A stretch of 64,000 nucleotides of DNA. Source: Fistulifera solaris (Eukaryota). Position numbers and translations under genes: made by a program. The notes under the pieces are model-generated. The model saw only the letters and a list, made by a program, of their open reading frames with translations, did no database searches and was not told where the DNA came from. Below, piece by piece: positions 24,308 to 38,480 of this stretch. Position 1 is the stretch's first letter; every line of letters begins with the position of its first letter. The DNA lies in the NCBI GenBank assembly GCA_030295235.1, contig AP026132.1, forward strand, positions 1,116,001-1,180,000. Reading direction: 5' to 3'.

Positions 24308-24847
24308 TTATCGGGTCCTCGCTTGCACTTGCCGACGCGGCATATATTCCAATTTGGGCTGTAATTGTCGATACAACGGATCCCACGGAGCCGGTTGTTC
24401 CCATTGTCCCGTTTGCGGATTCTTCCACGCTTGCACACGCGTATCGCTCCTCGTCAATGTATTCTTGTTCGTCCCCACTAGATACTGAATCGCTGCGACC
24501 GTCCCAAAGAAAACCAATGGTCCCAAAATATAATTGCTGGGGCGATGAATGCGATAAAACCAACTTTGCGATGAGGCATAGGATGAATGTGCTTTCGGTC
24601 GATGCGGATACGGTCGACGAAAACCTTCAAACGGTTGTTGTAATTTCGTACGATTATCATACTGCTGTCTCGTTTTGGGATTCAACAAAACACTCGCCGC
24701 ATTCGCAATCTCCTTGAAGCGCGCTCCATTGTCGTTACTCTTGGAAACATCCGGATGGCATTCCAGTGACAGCTTGCGAAAGGCGGCTTTAATTTCCTTG
24801 ACGCTGGCGGTCTTTTCGATGCCGAGTGATTCATAGTGTGTCTTCAT
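24308..24847 (-). CDS. DnaJ/J-domain protein with a C-terminal TM segment
   Basis: 'HYESLG...EIKAAFRKLSLECHPD...RQQYD'. Confidence 0.9.
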   Translation of the reverse strand: MKTHYESLGIEKTASVKEIKAAFRKLSLECHPDVSKSNDNGARFKEIANAASVLLNPKTRQQYDNRTKLQQPFEGFRRPYPHRPKAHSSYASSQSWFYRIHRPSNYILGPLVFFGTVAAIQYLVGTNKNTLTRSDTRVQAWKNPQTGQWEQPAPWDPLYRQLQPKLEYMPRRQVQARTR

Positions 24848-25243
24848 TCTTTAACTAAATAGTATATATGTAGATACGAATGCAAAATTGCAAACAAAAT
24901 GCTACAAAGCAATATTATTGCATTATTGAAAGAAAGAAACGAAAATGACGCAAACATTCGATGTCAAAAGGCGTCGCATAAAAGGAAAAAAGTAATGTTC
25001 TCTTTGCACGATACAAAGTTATAGTATACTACTTCAAAGTACATAGCCTGTCATCAACCGTCGCAAATTGATTCACGCATTTCAATCACGAGACCCGAGC
25101 CTCCATCCAATCAAACTCAAACCGCGATCGCGAGAGCCAACGATCCATTTTTTTTCCATCATAACAACAACGATCGGAACAGTCGTGCACCTCTTTCCGT
25201 AGGATCCTCTTCTTTGTTGTGAATGTATTGCAAGGAAGAAAAC

Positions 25244-28200
25244 ATGGAGAAGATTACGCATTACTATCGCAAGACCGAAGCGTCTCATTCGCTGTTGCCC
25301 AGTGTCAAAGAAGAGTTGAAAGATTTGGGTTTGGAGGATGATTTGGCCAAGATTATCAACATTGAAACCGAAAGTTGCTTCAACGTACAGGCATCGGCGG
25401 ATTTGTCGTCTTTGCAAAAGAACGTCTTGAATGGCTTCTCGCGGAAACATTCGAAAAGGATAATCTTCGTCTCGAAACCAGTTACTTTGATCTCGTTCCC
25501 CAATCCGGAGCGTGGGTCGTCGAATTCGGTCCACGCATGACTTTTACTTCGGCATTTTCGTCCAACGCCACCAGTATCTGTAACAAATGCGATCTTCCCA
25601 TTGATCGTCTTGAACTGTCGCGTCGTTATCGCTTTGTGTTGACGCAACCATTGACTGTCCAGGCACTCACTGTCATGAAATCGCTCCTCCACGACCGCAT
25701 GACGGAACAAGAATACCCCACGCCCTTGCAAACGTTCGATAGTGGCGCCACGGCGGCTCCGGTACGAACCATACCCATTATGAAAGAAGGAAGAGCGGCT
25801 TTGGAACGCATCAATCAAGAAATGGGTCTCGGCTTTGATGACTTTGATTTGGATTATTACACGAATCTTTTCAAGGTAAGTTATAGAGAGTGTCTTGGGA
25901 GTTCGTGATGAATGTGTGAAATCGCATCTTACTATTTTATCCAAAACCAATCCGTAGGAAAAACTGGGCAGAGATCCCACCGATGTGGAATGCTTTGACA
26001 TGGGGCAGTCCAATTCGGAACATTCGCGTCACTGGTTCTTTGGTGGCAAGATGATTATTGATGGAGAAGAGAAAACGGAGACCCTGTTTGAAATGGTCAA
26101 GGCTACTTTGCCTAAAGGCGTTCCCAACAATTCGATCATTGCCTTTCATGATAATTCGTCGGCCATTCGAGGATATGAGTGCGACTCACTGCGTCCTTCG
26201 TCGGTAGAAAAGGCTGGACCCGTCCACGTGGGAAAGCAACTCTTACACCCGATTCTCACGGCCGAAACTCACAACTTTCCTTCCGGGGTGGCCCCATTTC
26301 CAGGAGCGGAAACGGGAACGGGCGGTCGATTGCGAGATGTGATGGCCACGGGACGCGGGGCCTACACGGTGGCCGGAATCTCTTCCTATTGCGTTGGAAA
26401 TCTCAACATTCCCGGCTACGAACTACCTTGGGAAGACAAGAGTTTCATCTACCCGAACAATTTGGCGTCTCCCCTGAATATCATGATTCACGCGAGTAAT
26501 GGTGCTTCCGATTATGGAAACAAGTACGGAGAGCCGGTGATTCACGGGTTTGCTCGCTCGTTCGGTCAGCGCTTGCCGAATGGGGAAAGATTCGAATGGG
26601 TGAAACCAATTATGTTTTCGGCCGGTGCCGGTCAGATGGATGGTGGTCATGCTGTCAAAGGCGAACCCGAACCGGGAATGCTTGTCGTCAAAGTTGGTGG
26701 ACCTGCTTACAGAATTGGTATTGGTGGCGGTGCTGCATCGTCTCGCGTGCAAAGTAGCGAGAATGCGGAACTTGATTTTGACGCCGTCCAGCGTGGCGAT
26801 GCTGAAATGGCCAATCGTCTTAATCGTTTGATGCGTGCTTGCTGCGATCTTGGAGATCGAAACCCAATTGTCTCTGTACATGATCAGGGCGCGGGTGGTA
26901 ACGGCAACGTGTTGAAGGAAATCGTTGAGCCGGCAGGAGCCAAGTACGATATTCGTAAGGTAAGCTTGATTTCGGTGTGTTTCGGATGAACCAAGTATCG
27001 ACGTTATTCTTATTAAGTAACAGGTGTACCTCGGAGACAATACATTGTCTGTCTTGGAAATCTGGGGCGCTGAGTATCAGGAGAACAATGCTTTGCTCAT
27101 TCGGCCAGCCGACAGGGAGTTGTTTGAAAAGATTGCGGAGCGCGAAAATTGTCCCATTCGAATTTTGGGAACGGTTACTGGTGACGGAAAGGTTGTTGTA
27201 GAGGATTCCAAGGATGGGTCGCTAGCCGTAGACTTGCCTCTGGAACTCGTTCTTGGCAAGATGCCCCAGAAAACTTTCGTTGATGACCATGTAGATACGA
27301 CGCTTCAGCCATTGGTACTTCCTGAAGATTTGACAGTCGCTAATGCGTTGGATCGCGTGTTGCGCCTACTTTCTGTTGGCTCCAAGCGCTTTCTCGTTCA
27401 TAAAGTTGATCGATCCGTAACAGGTCTATGTGCCCAGCAGCAATGCGTCGGACCGCTCCAGCTTCCTCTTTCGAACGTGGGTGTAACGGCACATTCGCAT
27501 TTCGGTATCACAGGTACTGCAGTTGCATGTGGCGAGCAGCCAATCAAGGGCCTAGTTGATTCGAAGGCGATGGCAAGAATGGTTGTAGCCGAGGCAATGA
27601 CGAACATCATGTGGGCCAAAATGTCAAACATCGAAGACATCAAAGCAAGTGGCAATTGGATGTATGCAGCCAAGCTCCCCGGTGAAGGGGCGAAAATGTA
27701 CGATGCTTGCGGAGCTCTCAAGGAGTCGTTGTTGGCTCTTGGAGTAGGAATTGATGGTGGCAAAGACTCGCTCTCGATGGCGGCCAAATGTGGGGAGGAG
27801 GTCGTCAAAGCACCTGGTGAACTCACACTCACTTGTTATGTCACTTGCCCGGATATTACTAAGACCATCACACCTGACTTGAAGTGCCCCGCCGAAGGAT
27901 CCCGTCTGTTGTTCATTGACCTAGGGAATGGGAAGGCAAGACTTGGGGGCTCATCGCTGGCCCACGTTTACGGTCAGATCGGCAACGAGTCTCCCGACGT
28001 TGAGGATTTTGCCTTGTTGAAGAGGGCAATTATCGTGTCGCAAGACTTGATTGATAAGCGCCTTATACTGGCTGGCCATGACCGTTCCGACGGAGGTATC
28101 ATCGTGACTCTGGTCGAGATGGCGTTTGCAGGAAATTGCGCCATTGACGTGAAGTTATCTAAATGCGGCAAAAATGACTTCGAAATCCTATTTAACGAGG

Positions 28201-29345
28201 AGGCAGGAATTGTCATTGAAGTTGCGGAAAACAACGTGAAGTCTGTTATAGAGGCATACACGTCCGCAAGCGTTCCTATCGCTGATGTTGGAGCTGTTTC
28301 AGCTGGAGATTCCATCAAGATAGCGGTAGACTCGACAACTCTTATTGACGATAAGATGACGGCGCTGCGCGATGTTTGGGAAGCCACAAGCTTCCATCTG
28401 GAGAAACGACAGAGAAACCCCGCTTGCGTTTTACAAGAAGAAGAGGGATTAAAATTGAGACAAGCGCCGCACTGGAAGCTCACCTACCAGCCCGTTAAAA
28501 CCGATGATGCAATCATGAAAAGTGCGGCCAAGCACAAAGTTGCGATTATTCGTCAAGAAGGAAGTAATGGCGACAGAGAAATGCTGTCTGCGTTCTTGGC
28601 TGCAGGTTTTGAAGCGTGGGATGTGACGGTGAGTGACCTTATTGCTGGTAACATTACGCTTGATATCTTCCGTGGAATCGTGTTTGTCGGAGGATTCTCG
28701 TTCGCCGATGTTCTCGACAGTGGCAAAGGATGGGCTGGAGTTATTAAGTTCAACGACAATGTTCTCAGCCAGTTCGAGGAGTTCCGAAAGCGCAAGGGAA
28801 CGTTTAGCCTTGGCGTTTGCAACGGATGTCAGCTTATGGCTGTGCTCGGTTGGATTCCCTCGACTGCTGGATTGCCGCAGGAGAAGCAACCCCGTCTCCT
28901 TCACAATGATAGCGGGAAGTTCGAGAGTCGATTTAGCTCTGTGCAAATTCAAGAGAGTCCTGCCATCATGTTTAAAGGCATGGAAGGATCTTCCTTGGGA
29001 ATATGGGTTGCACATGGAGAAGGACGATTTCACTTTCCTGACCCGTCGGTGAAGGACATGGTGACGGAGAACAAGCTCATTCCTTTGCGTTATGTGAACG
29101 ATACAAACGAAGTAACTGAGGCATATCCTTTCAACCCAAATGGCAGCCCGGACGGAATCGCTGCGCTGTGTTCTGAGGACGGTCGTCACTTAGCTTTGAT
29201 GCCTCACCCAGAGAGAGTTTTCACGCCGTGGCAGTGGCCATGGATGCCATCCGAGTGGAAGGATTATGAAGCTGGTCCCTGGCTGCAGATGTTTCAGAAC
29301 GCTCGCATCTTTTGCGACGAAAGCAAAAGGAAAATGGAGGAGTAG
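25244..29345 (+). CDS. PFAS: Phosphoribosylformylglycinamidine synthase (large PurL; 2 introns; frameshift near 25418)
   Basis: Motifs 'QSNSEHSRHWFF', 'AETHNFP', 'HDQGAGG', 'DGGKDSLSM', 'HDRSDGG', 'GVCNGCQ', 'MPHPER'. Introns ~25876-25958 and ~26960-27023. Confidence 0.97.
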
Positions 29346-30327
29346 TTCGAGTCGTTACATCGATTAATGAGTATGATGAACATGAAACAAAGTTAAAAAC
29401 GCTAACAAAAACTATGATGATTGTCAGTTACTTTGCTAAACTACAGGATATACATAGTTGCTAAGCATCATGCGTGCTAGGTTGCAGCAGACACTGAACG
29501 CATCACTCTAGAGAGGAAACCATTGACAGCATCCGCCGATGCCGATGATTCCTACCTGCTAATAAACTAACTAAGCTTCTCTGATTGGTTATCTGCTAAG
29601 ACGGAGACTTTAACACAGAGTTAAACCGTCAAAGACTTGGCCCTAAAGACAAGACATTTTATTTGAGGCTTTTTTCTTTTTGTTTCCCAGCAAGTTATTT
29701 TGGGGGACTTCAATTGGGATACGGGACATACCATTGACGTTCAAGTTTGGTCTTGCGTGACTTCGTTGCTCCATCGTCCAGGTCAGACTGATTCGGCGCG
29801 CAAAGACAAAGGAGGTGTACTTTTAGGCGGATAGCAAGAACGATTTTCTGCCTCTAGGAAACTAAATCCAGTACCGAACGTGGCGAGTCTTGTTGAAATG
29901 GTTTTCGAGTCTTTTTCGATTTAGTGCCAAGCTCCAGACATTAGACGAGCGCTGTCTAAATGACCAAAATTTTTTGTCTCGGCAGGGTCACAACTGAAAG
30001 TCTACTTAGGGTAAGTATCGGTCAACACATCCTAGTATACAGATACTTAGGAAGCCCTTATAATTCTAAATAGTACACAAACGCAAGGCGCACCACCTAC
30101 TTACTACTAAATTGAATCACTGAATCCCTCCTTTTGAACTTTGCCTTCGGCAGGTCGGCAGGCCTTCGAACAGGTGAGGCAAATTTTTGGGGACTCTCCC
30201 TCCAACCAAGAATACTAAATTGTTTCACAACTTGGGCCTGCGGTGCATGTTGTCACGTTACCGAAGAGCCTCAGTCTACCTTGTTACAATAAAAAGCGGA
30301 GCATCCGCAAGATTTTCACAGTGAAAG

Positions 30328-31430
30328 ATGCTGAAAATCACCATGAACCCCAGAAAAAAGTCAAAGCGACATCGGATCATTCCTCAGGGGCTTCGCCTTC
30401 CAACCTCCAATGCGATGGACATTGATGAGGCTGATGCCAGCAGAACCCACGCTGAGACTTTCGAAGATAATTTGCGCGTAATGATACGGCAAGAAATGTC
30501 AGGGAAATACAGTTGCATTGACTATCTCAAAGTGAACTCTTGGGATAAGAGCATCTACCCAAAAAGTCTTTCTCGAAGTGCGCATAATCGAAATACGCGG
30601 ATCGACGAATATTGCCGAGAACAAATTGTTGAATGGTCATTTCGTGTCGTCGATTACTTTCGAATCGATCGAGAAGTTGTCGCACTTTCACTATCCTATT
30701 TGGATCGATTTCTCGCCATTTGTCTATGCGATCGAAGAACTTTCAAACTGGCAGCCACGACTACTCTGCATCTTGCGGTGAAGCTTTTGTATCCATGCAA
30801 GCTTGCCGAGCTAGGGATTCTCAGTGATCTGAGCCGTGGGGAGTTCGACATGCACGACGTGTCCCGGATGGAGGCGCACATACTTCACACTTTAAAGTGG
30901 AACCTCCACCCTCCGACATCGATTGCCTTTGCAACTATCTTCCTCGACTACATCTTTTCGTCCTTTCCGGTGGCTCTTACCAGCGCCGATATGGATGATA
31001 TGTACGATGTGTCCTCTTTCTTTGCGAGCTCGCTGTTTGTGATTACTTTTTTGTGACAGTCCCTGCCAGCTCTATTGCCTTGGCGGCAGTATTGAACTCG
31101 CTCGAAGGGATGTTTGGACCAGACGACAAAACGGCATCTGACATCCTTAATGCCGCAATGAAAGTCCACTTTGGGTTTCAGCACGATCTAGCGCAAGTTC
31201 GCAACCGACTATGGACCCTTTACGAACGCAGTGAAGAATGTGCGTTGTCAAATGATACAGTCTACGAAGACGAGAATCACAACAATCATTTGTCCGGCCT
31301 TTGGCACGGAGGCGTCTACATCAAGAAGACATCTTCGGCTTCGTCACCGGTGTCAGTTTCAAAGCACGCTACAACCGATTATACTTACCGCCACTCCTCG
31401 AGTTCTCTTCGAAGCGACACCAGCTGGTAA
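30328..31430 (+). CDS. Cyclin, diatom-specific (dsCYC)-like (frameshift near 31022)
   Basis: Cyclin box 'CREQIVEWSFRVVDYF...SLSYLDRFL...LAATTTLHLAVKL...MEAHILHTLKWNLHPPT'. One added T restores 'FFCELAVCDYFFV'. Confidence 0.88.
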
Positions 31431-32615
31431 TGATCGAGCCTTGTCAAGCTCCGCTCTATCCACTGGTCTTCGGCGCTACAAGGATCAACCTCTAGGAAGT
31501 ACTACGAAAACTTTTTCTATCATTCCAGAATAACGATCCTGAGATTAGCTACTCCGCTATGACTACAAAGTATTTTCTTTAGTTTGCCGTTTATTAGTTT
31601 CCATTTCATAGTAAAAAGATCGGTTTACGGCGGAGTTTTCTGTAGTCAAGTTGTGCTGCTAAATTCTCTGTATCCGTTCGATTTTTTTTTATAGTCTCTT
31701 GGTTGGGTCAAACGCATTTGCAGTACGGATAATTGCCTCTTGCAGTGTACGTGGGTAAATATATTGACAACAGTGGGTTAACTTAATCATATATTCTTAT
31801 CTTTCATCTAACAGTGCGTGGGGCTATTTGCCATTTCCTTGGCTATAACTGATCGCCACATAGATGCGGTCGACATAATCCGGGACTGCCAATCCGTCGA
31901 GTCGGGAGTAGTCGTCACCAGTCACCACTATACTCTTCGAAGATAGCAACAATAAAAGTAATTCATCAAAGCAATGTGATTGGCGTATAGAATCGGATTT
32001 AAAGCATCACTAATCAAATATGTCGATTGAACCATCATGTCTAGTGTTAACGCGTCGTCTGCAAGTCTCAACAATATTATTTGGTGGCTCAGTAATTCAT
32101 CGCAAGAGTTCCGTCCAATCTCTTCGGGGCTGAAAATTAGTTGAGTCGGAATAAATAAAACCAACTGTTTACAAGATAGTGATTTCCAGGTACACGTGGA
32201 ACCATTCAACGGATCGAAGCTCGCATCTCGCATCGCATCGGCGCGATCGGCGGCGTACGGGGTCACTCGAGACCTCGAGACATGACGATGACTTTGAGCG
32301 AAAAAAGGAGCGGTTGCAGTTTGTTGTTTATGCAATGAAACGCCGTGATAATCAATAATACCATTCTACTTTCACAACCTTTCCTTTACTTAATTTTACT
32401 TTGAATTAAATATACAAAAATGGTGAGTGATTTCGAGTTCTTCAACTCAAGCAATGCCGAATACTCCGTACTTCGCAGTCGAAGCACTTCCTTGTTTTCG
32501 TATAGGCTTGTTCGTCATTCTTTCCTCTTCGACTATCTTTGAGTCATGCACAATATTCTTCTCTCTTTCTTTTCTGAAAATAATAAACTGTCTCCTCACT
32601 CCTTCACTTTTCACA

Positions 32616-32828
32616 ATGACACAGCCGCTTCCCCGAAAAATCGCCAACAAAAACAGCAAGTTCGACAAGAACATCAACAAACGAGGCAATGTTCCCATCG
32701 GAAAGGCAGCGGAACGAACGGAGGAATATCCCGTCAGTAAGGGGTTGATTGCGTTTGTTTTGATACTGGTAGTAGGATCCAGTCTTGTGCAAGTCTTTAA
32801 TTTGTTTGGGACGGCATCGGGGCCTTAA
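32616..32828 (+). CDS. SERP1: RAMP4/SERP1 stress-associated ER protein
   Basis: 70 aa; 'KFDKNINKRGNVP...YPVS...LVVGSSLVQV'. Confidence 0.88.
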   Translation: MTQPLPRKIANKNSKFDKNINKRGNVPIGKAAERTEEYPVSKGLIAFVLILVVGSSLVQVFNLFGTASGP

Positions 32829-33023
32829 AAAGGGATAGCAGGAGAGTACTACTCTTTTGTTGATGACGACCCAGTTGTTGATGTAAGAAGCTCAACCATA
32901 TCTTAAAATAATACGCAAGCATGACTTGAGCTATGCACTTGAAAACGAAACAGCTCTTTTCTCTTTGAATTTTGTTCAAATGTTATGAAGTCAATAGGAG
33001 AGATGGCTGTGAGCTTATTTACA

Positions 33024-34872
33024 TTACTCCCCCTTTGTATCGTTCTTCCCTGGCTTCCAAAGTCCAGCGGTAGTCGAATTGACAAATTCGGTCAATCGGA
33101 ACGTAGAACTCTCTTCATCCACCGACTCCTTGTCGAGTAGGTGTGTTCGCCAGGCATCGTCCGGTAAATCCGCTATTCGTCGTACTTGACCTCCCATAAC
33201 AAATATCCAGATACAGCCCAAGACACTGAACAACAGTTGCAAGGTGAAATAAGGATCGCGACCTGCGGTACACACAGGAGGACCTTCCGACTCGGGAGAG
33301 CAAACCGGAGCCTTGGTAAGGTGTCCCACCAACCACATGACAAAGGAAGCCGGCCAAGTACCACCTAGATTCGCGGCCGTATTTAGTAATGTCATGTACG
33401 ATCCGCCAATGGCTGGATCCACACGATGCGCGAAAAAGGTCATTTGTGCGTTGAACTGGAGACTACTGACAATTGCTTGAACTGCGGTGGAGAGTACCAG
33501 AATCGACCAAAAGATGATACTTTCGTTCCGGGTCGTTGGTTTTCCTTTCTGCAATGTCGTCAGCAACAAGACATCCAACAAGGGCGCCAATGTCACTCTC
33601 AGTTTGTAGCCTGTCATGAATTGACCGCACAATGGTTGCCCGTGCCATATCTTGGAGGCGACGACCGGGACGAGTATTCCGAGTGGCAAAATTACCGTAG
33701 GCGACAGCAATGCTGTCGTAGATCGCGAAAGACCGTATTCAACTGCCTTGAGAAATTTGACATTATCCCCTAATGCCGTGGGAAGACGGTAGGTGAGTAA
33801 AATTAGAAACAACCACCGGACTGCTGGTAACTGACAAACGGCCCATAATCGATGATAGGTTTCCCTCAGACCAATTTCGGAGGCATCTAATTCCTTGTCG
33901 TCATTATCGTCATCGTTTTGTTTCGGAAGCAAAGACCACATTGTGTTCGATTCTTGTCGATCCAACTTGACCGGCACGGTCGGAGCTTCTTGTTTGAACA
34001 AGGCTACAGCTGTTGTCGTTACAATCATGAGATAACCCATGATACGAAGAAAGCCACCCAAAGACACCAATCCGACTGAAGGATTACTCGGCAATCCCAG
34101 CAAAGGCCGCCAAACTCGTTCACTACTTTCCGGATCATTCAATGCCAGAAATCCGACAAAACTCAAAAAATAACCCAAATTTTGTCCAATCGAATTACAT
34201 ACAGGTCCCCGTCCTCGATTTTTCTTGGCGAGCATCGTCAAGGCCCACCCATCGACGGCAATGTCTTGCGTGGCCATGAGAAAATACAGGGCAAAGAAGA
34301 AAGCTGTCACTCCCTTAACATTAATGGCGGAATTCAGTGAAGGCCCCAATCCGAGTTGATGCTCCACAAAAGAAGATCCCATGACCATGAGAATGCCGGC
34401 TAAACTTTGGACCGGAACGAGCCAACTTTTCCGACGACCGAATTTTCGAATGAAAACAGCATCGACAATGGGGGCCCAGAGAAGTTTGAGGGAGAACGGC
34501 CAGGAACAGAGAGCAAAGATCGCATTGGCATTGTACGATGCGGCCGCCGAATCGGTCACTGTGACAGCTGACGAAACGCCGGTTGTGGCGGCGGCGGCGG
34601 AAGCGGCGAGTGTCTTGATTTTTGTTGAATCAAAAGGGTATGGATGCCGAAAGACCCATGGGGATTCCTTGTAATGTATATAAGACAATCAGTAAAGCAT
34701 AATTGAAAAAATCATTGTGATGTTCGTTCGGGTCGGAGCTATCGAAGGATGTGAAAGATGATGCACCGCTGTCATTTCTTCCAGGAAAGAAACGTTGCAA
34801 AGGAGAACGAGGAACGGGAGGCAAAGTGTCGCGTGCTTCTAATGTCATTTTTGAATTCATTCTTCTCCTCAT
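33024..34872 (-). CDS. SLC33A1: Acetyl-CoA transporter 1 (MFS; frameshift near 34633)
   Basis: Motifs 'LYTLQGIPMGL', 'WPFSLKLLWAPIVDA', 'GRRKSWLVPVQ', 'ATQDIAVDGWALTML', 'DPAIGGSYMTLLNT'. Confidence 0.93.
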
Positions 34873-35242
34873 GGTTAGTAAAGATGCGAAGGTTGATAAA
34901 TCGAATGAATAGACGAAAAGTGATCTTCTGCTCCGCAAAAGTGATGCAACATGCAGAGGACGTTTTGTGTGAAAATAAAAAATGCTGGGAATGGACGAAA
35001 AGACGTCATCAATTTGGACGTGGTGTATGGCAGACGCACTACCAGTAAGCTTATGTTTAGCTTAGCACGGGCAGTAAATCGCCGAGAGGTGAAAAGCGTT
35101 GTATCTCTCCTCTTTTCCCTGTTTCAATGTTAATCAAAATCAAGGATTCTGTCCTTCTACACCTTTAACAATGTTGGGGACAATACTATAAACACTTTGA
35201 TGGCTGGAGACCCAATAAATGATTGAGATCGAACTACGGATT

Positions 35243-35527
35243 ATCCGGGTTCCCCTGCAGAGATAAATTTCCTACGAGAGCTACGTGACAAACGCGTAGA
35301 CTTTGGAAGCGTTGCATCATTCGTGTAATCTACGTTTCGCTGTCACATCGATGGCGTTTATTGTCAAACGATACGTAACAACAACGTTGGAAACAGTAAT
35401 GTTGACTTTCGAGCGTTCTGGACCCAATAAATTGACGGGTTGGAAATTTGCAAACTCCGGGTTCCCCTGCAGAGATAAATTTCCTACAAGAGCTACGTGA
35501 CAAAACGCGTAGACTTTGGAAGCGTTG
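35243..35527 (-). repeat. Dispersed repeat family B: core-body-core, period 212 bp
   Basis: 'tccgggttcccctgcagagataaatttcctac' at 35244 and 35456. The reverse complement matches 57038-57535. Confidence 0.9.
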
Positions 35528-35996
35528 TGGTTTGAGTATTTTTCAAGTATTGCTGTCAATCCGACAAGTCGATTATCGTTTAATGACACCAAACAAAAGA
35601 TACCCATGTCGGAGAAAACGAAAATTTGGCATTGCGTGCCGAAGAGATGAGCCGAGCACCATGAATCTAAACGGTACCGTTTAGATTCATGCGAGCACTA
35701 AGGACTTTTTATACGTCCTTACCGAGCACGTGTCGAGTGTCGACGAGTGCCGCATATTTTCCATTCGTTCCCTATGCGACAGCAATTTTTTTGTTGCTCC
35801 TAACGTCCAGCGCATCTCCCAAGACAACGCGAACGTTTCCGCAATCGACCATGGTGAAAAAGTGGCACACCGTTTCGCGTTTGCATTGTGACAAGAAGGG
35901 TCTTTTAACAATTTACGTCTTCTAGATGATAAGTTATTGACACTGGGGGTCGTTTTGTTGAAAGAAACAATTCACACAGACGAAATTAGAAACAAA

Positions 35997-38184
35997 ATGA
36001 CGACACGACGGATGAGACGTACGCGAGAGGTCACGACGTCAGGCGAAGAAGAAGACTCCTCGTCGTCGTCCGGTTATGATCTGTATCGCATTCAAGGAAA
36101 TACAAATGCCGCGTGGAATGCGTTTCGAAAGAATACAAAAGAGGAACAAGAAGAAGATGAAAGAAACAAGACGATTCTGGCGTACAATCTGCTCTTGTTG
36201 GGATACTTGAACGATTCACAACACAAAAGTGACACCTTACTGAAACGATTAGACGAAATGGAGAGAAGCGTTCTACAGAATGAATCTATTTCGGAAGCGA
36301 TCAAGAAGCAATATCATTACTTTGGGGTATACAATCGAGCACTGGTGCATTTTGCTAGTGGGGATACAGAACAAACCATACGCATTGCAAATGATGCTGT
36401 CAAGGCAATTATTCAAAGCAAAGTCCAGCCAGAAGACAACAATATTCCCATCCTCACACAGATTGCCTTCCTTTTGCTAGAAGCTCTTCTGGCTACTGCG
36501 ATGGGACGTCATTATGGGTTTCAACATGAGATGTACGATTGTCCTCATCCTGACAAGATTCTTGAATGGTTGGACACACTTGATATCGACGAACAAGACG
36601 CACCAATCAAATTCATGCTTACATTATACAAGGGGAGAGTGGATTTGGCTCATCTGGACGAAAGTGGAAAACACATGGACAATAAAGTACGATCCGCAAG
36701 GAAAGAACTTAAAACAGCCATGGAAGTGTATCAACACAAACTAAGACAATGTTTTGGCGCTGACACTGCGTCGGTGGTGTCTTCGGCGAACTCGGAAGGG
36801 AATTCTTCCACTCATTTCCATCTTTCCTCTTCTTCGGGTCATGATTATCAGCAACACCAGCGGCCGAGTTCCACAGTTTTGCAGAAATATGGTCAGTCGG
36901 CTCTCAACTTGAAAGCCCACTTGGAACAGCTCAAAGGGAATACGAAGAAGTCGTTGATTCTTTGCAGTGAAGCACAAGCTTCGACCAAAGAGGATGGATC
37001 TTATGACGCTATTCACGAAAACAATCATGCTGTAGTGTACGGAACCAGTGGAAAATGTCATTTAGCTCTTCATGCCATGTCCAAGGCTTTGCGAGCTACG
37101 AAAGATCCGAAAGACATCGCGGCATCATCCATGTTCCACAACGATGGGACAGTACGTCGAGACAACACACCCGAGATACTCCACAATACTGCCATTTGTG
37201 CTTTGCAGGCCAAAAATTATCTTTCGGCCTATGAGTGTATGGTGGCGTGCATCACTCGATCGTCACATTTCCGGAGTCGCCCTCGTTGCTGGTTACGAAT
37301 GGCTGAGGCGTGTATTGGAATCTTTTCTGAATTGAATGAGCAGCACCAACGAAATGACCTTTCTTTTACTTCCGTCGTTGAGCAGGGGTAAGTGTTTGCG
37401 ATCTGATGAAAACTATTTTGTGTATCGGGAAAAGCTCTCATTGTTGATAACCAGGGAGCCGACGGGGATAATCATGGAGAAATCTATGTTGCACAACACC
37501 ATGGAAGTGAAATCAGAAGAGTTGGTCGCTAGTATTGGAAGTGCTGCGGATGTTGAGCAAGTCAAACGGAATCCGTTGCTTCGTGCGCGATCTATTCTGG
37601 AGATCACCATCGTTTGGAGCCAAAGGAAATCAACTACTGACCGTGACGTATTGATAGCTGCACAGCTTTCTCTTGTATATGTGTTGTTGGCGTTCAAAGA
37701 CTACAGTGAGGCGCTTGAGTTGACAAGTAAAGTTCTCGCGGAGGAAAATCGCGAACCCGGTCCTGTCAGTCTTTACAGGAAACGCCAATTTGCCACTGCG
37801 CGGATGTACGCCGGTGAGGCGTTACTCAACTTATCCAGAGCGAAGGATTCTGTAAACTTACTAGCTGGAGACGCAAAGGATGAATCGTTTGGCCCGCTGG
37901 CTGTTGACCTTGCTGGCGTCACAGCAGACCAGGCAGCAACGAATGAGAAAGCGAAGGCACAACTTGCAAAAGTGGAGGCTATGGTGCGATCGTCGTGTAG
38001 TGCGGCCTACGCCGCCTCTGGAGATATGGAAACGGCCAAGCAACTTGCTAATTCAGCTGCTGCATTGGAAGACGCGCACGGAGTGAAACACAACCAATCG
38101 GATGCACGTAATGCGTTAATTTACGCTCTACTCCGAGAGGGGCAACAATTTGCCGCCCTTAACGTGTTGACAACTTTTCGTTAA
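35997..38184 (+). CDS. CNOT10: CCR4-NOT complex subunit 10-like TPR protein (1 intron)
   Basis: 'LNLKAHLEQLKGN', 'EILHNTAI...SAYECM', 'PRCWLRMAEACI' and 'ARMYAGEALL' resemble CNOT10. Intron ~37388-37453. Confidence 0.75.
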
Positions 38185-38480
38185 AGAAAAATCTAATACC
38201 AGTATTTAAATTGTTTTGTTTGTTAACTTGTATTTCCGTTTTTTACACTTGTAACGGTTCAGAGCAAATCCGGCTCTCTTTCTGGTTATTTCATTCTTCG
38301 ACCTCGGCGACTTGCAAAGCAGACCTTTCGACATTGCGTAGCTCCTGAAGGGTAAAAGGGTATACCGGCTCAAGATTTGCCGTGTCTTCCTCTACGGGTG
38401 GTAAAATTTATTCGCGAGCTTTTGATTCGCAGCAAACGCGCATCATCGGAGGCATCGTGCTTATTGTTGCAACACGAAAC

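Noticed and set aside
25082..29189. Long antisense ORFs over PFAS and other genes
   Set aside because: They are shadows of the coding strand with no recognisable motifs.
31928..32335. 135-aa minus-strand ORF between cyclin and SERP1
   Set aside because: Non-ATG start, no motif, and it overlaps a probable promoter region.
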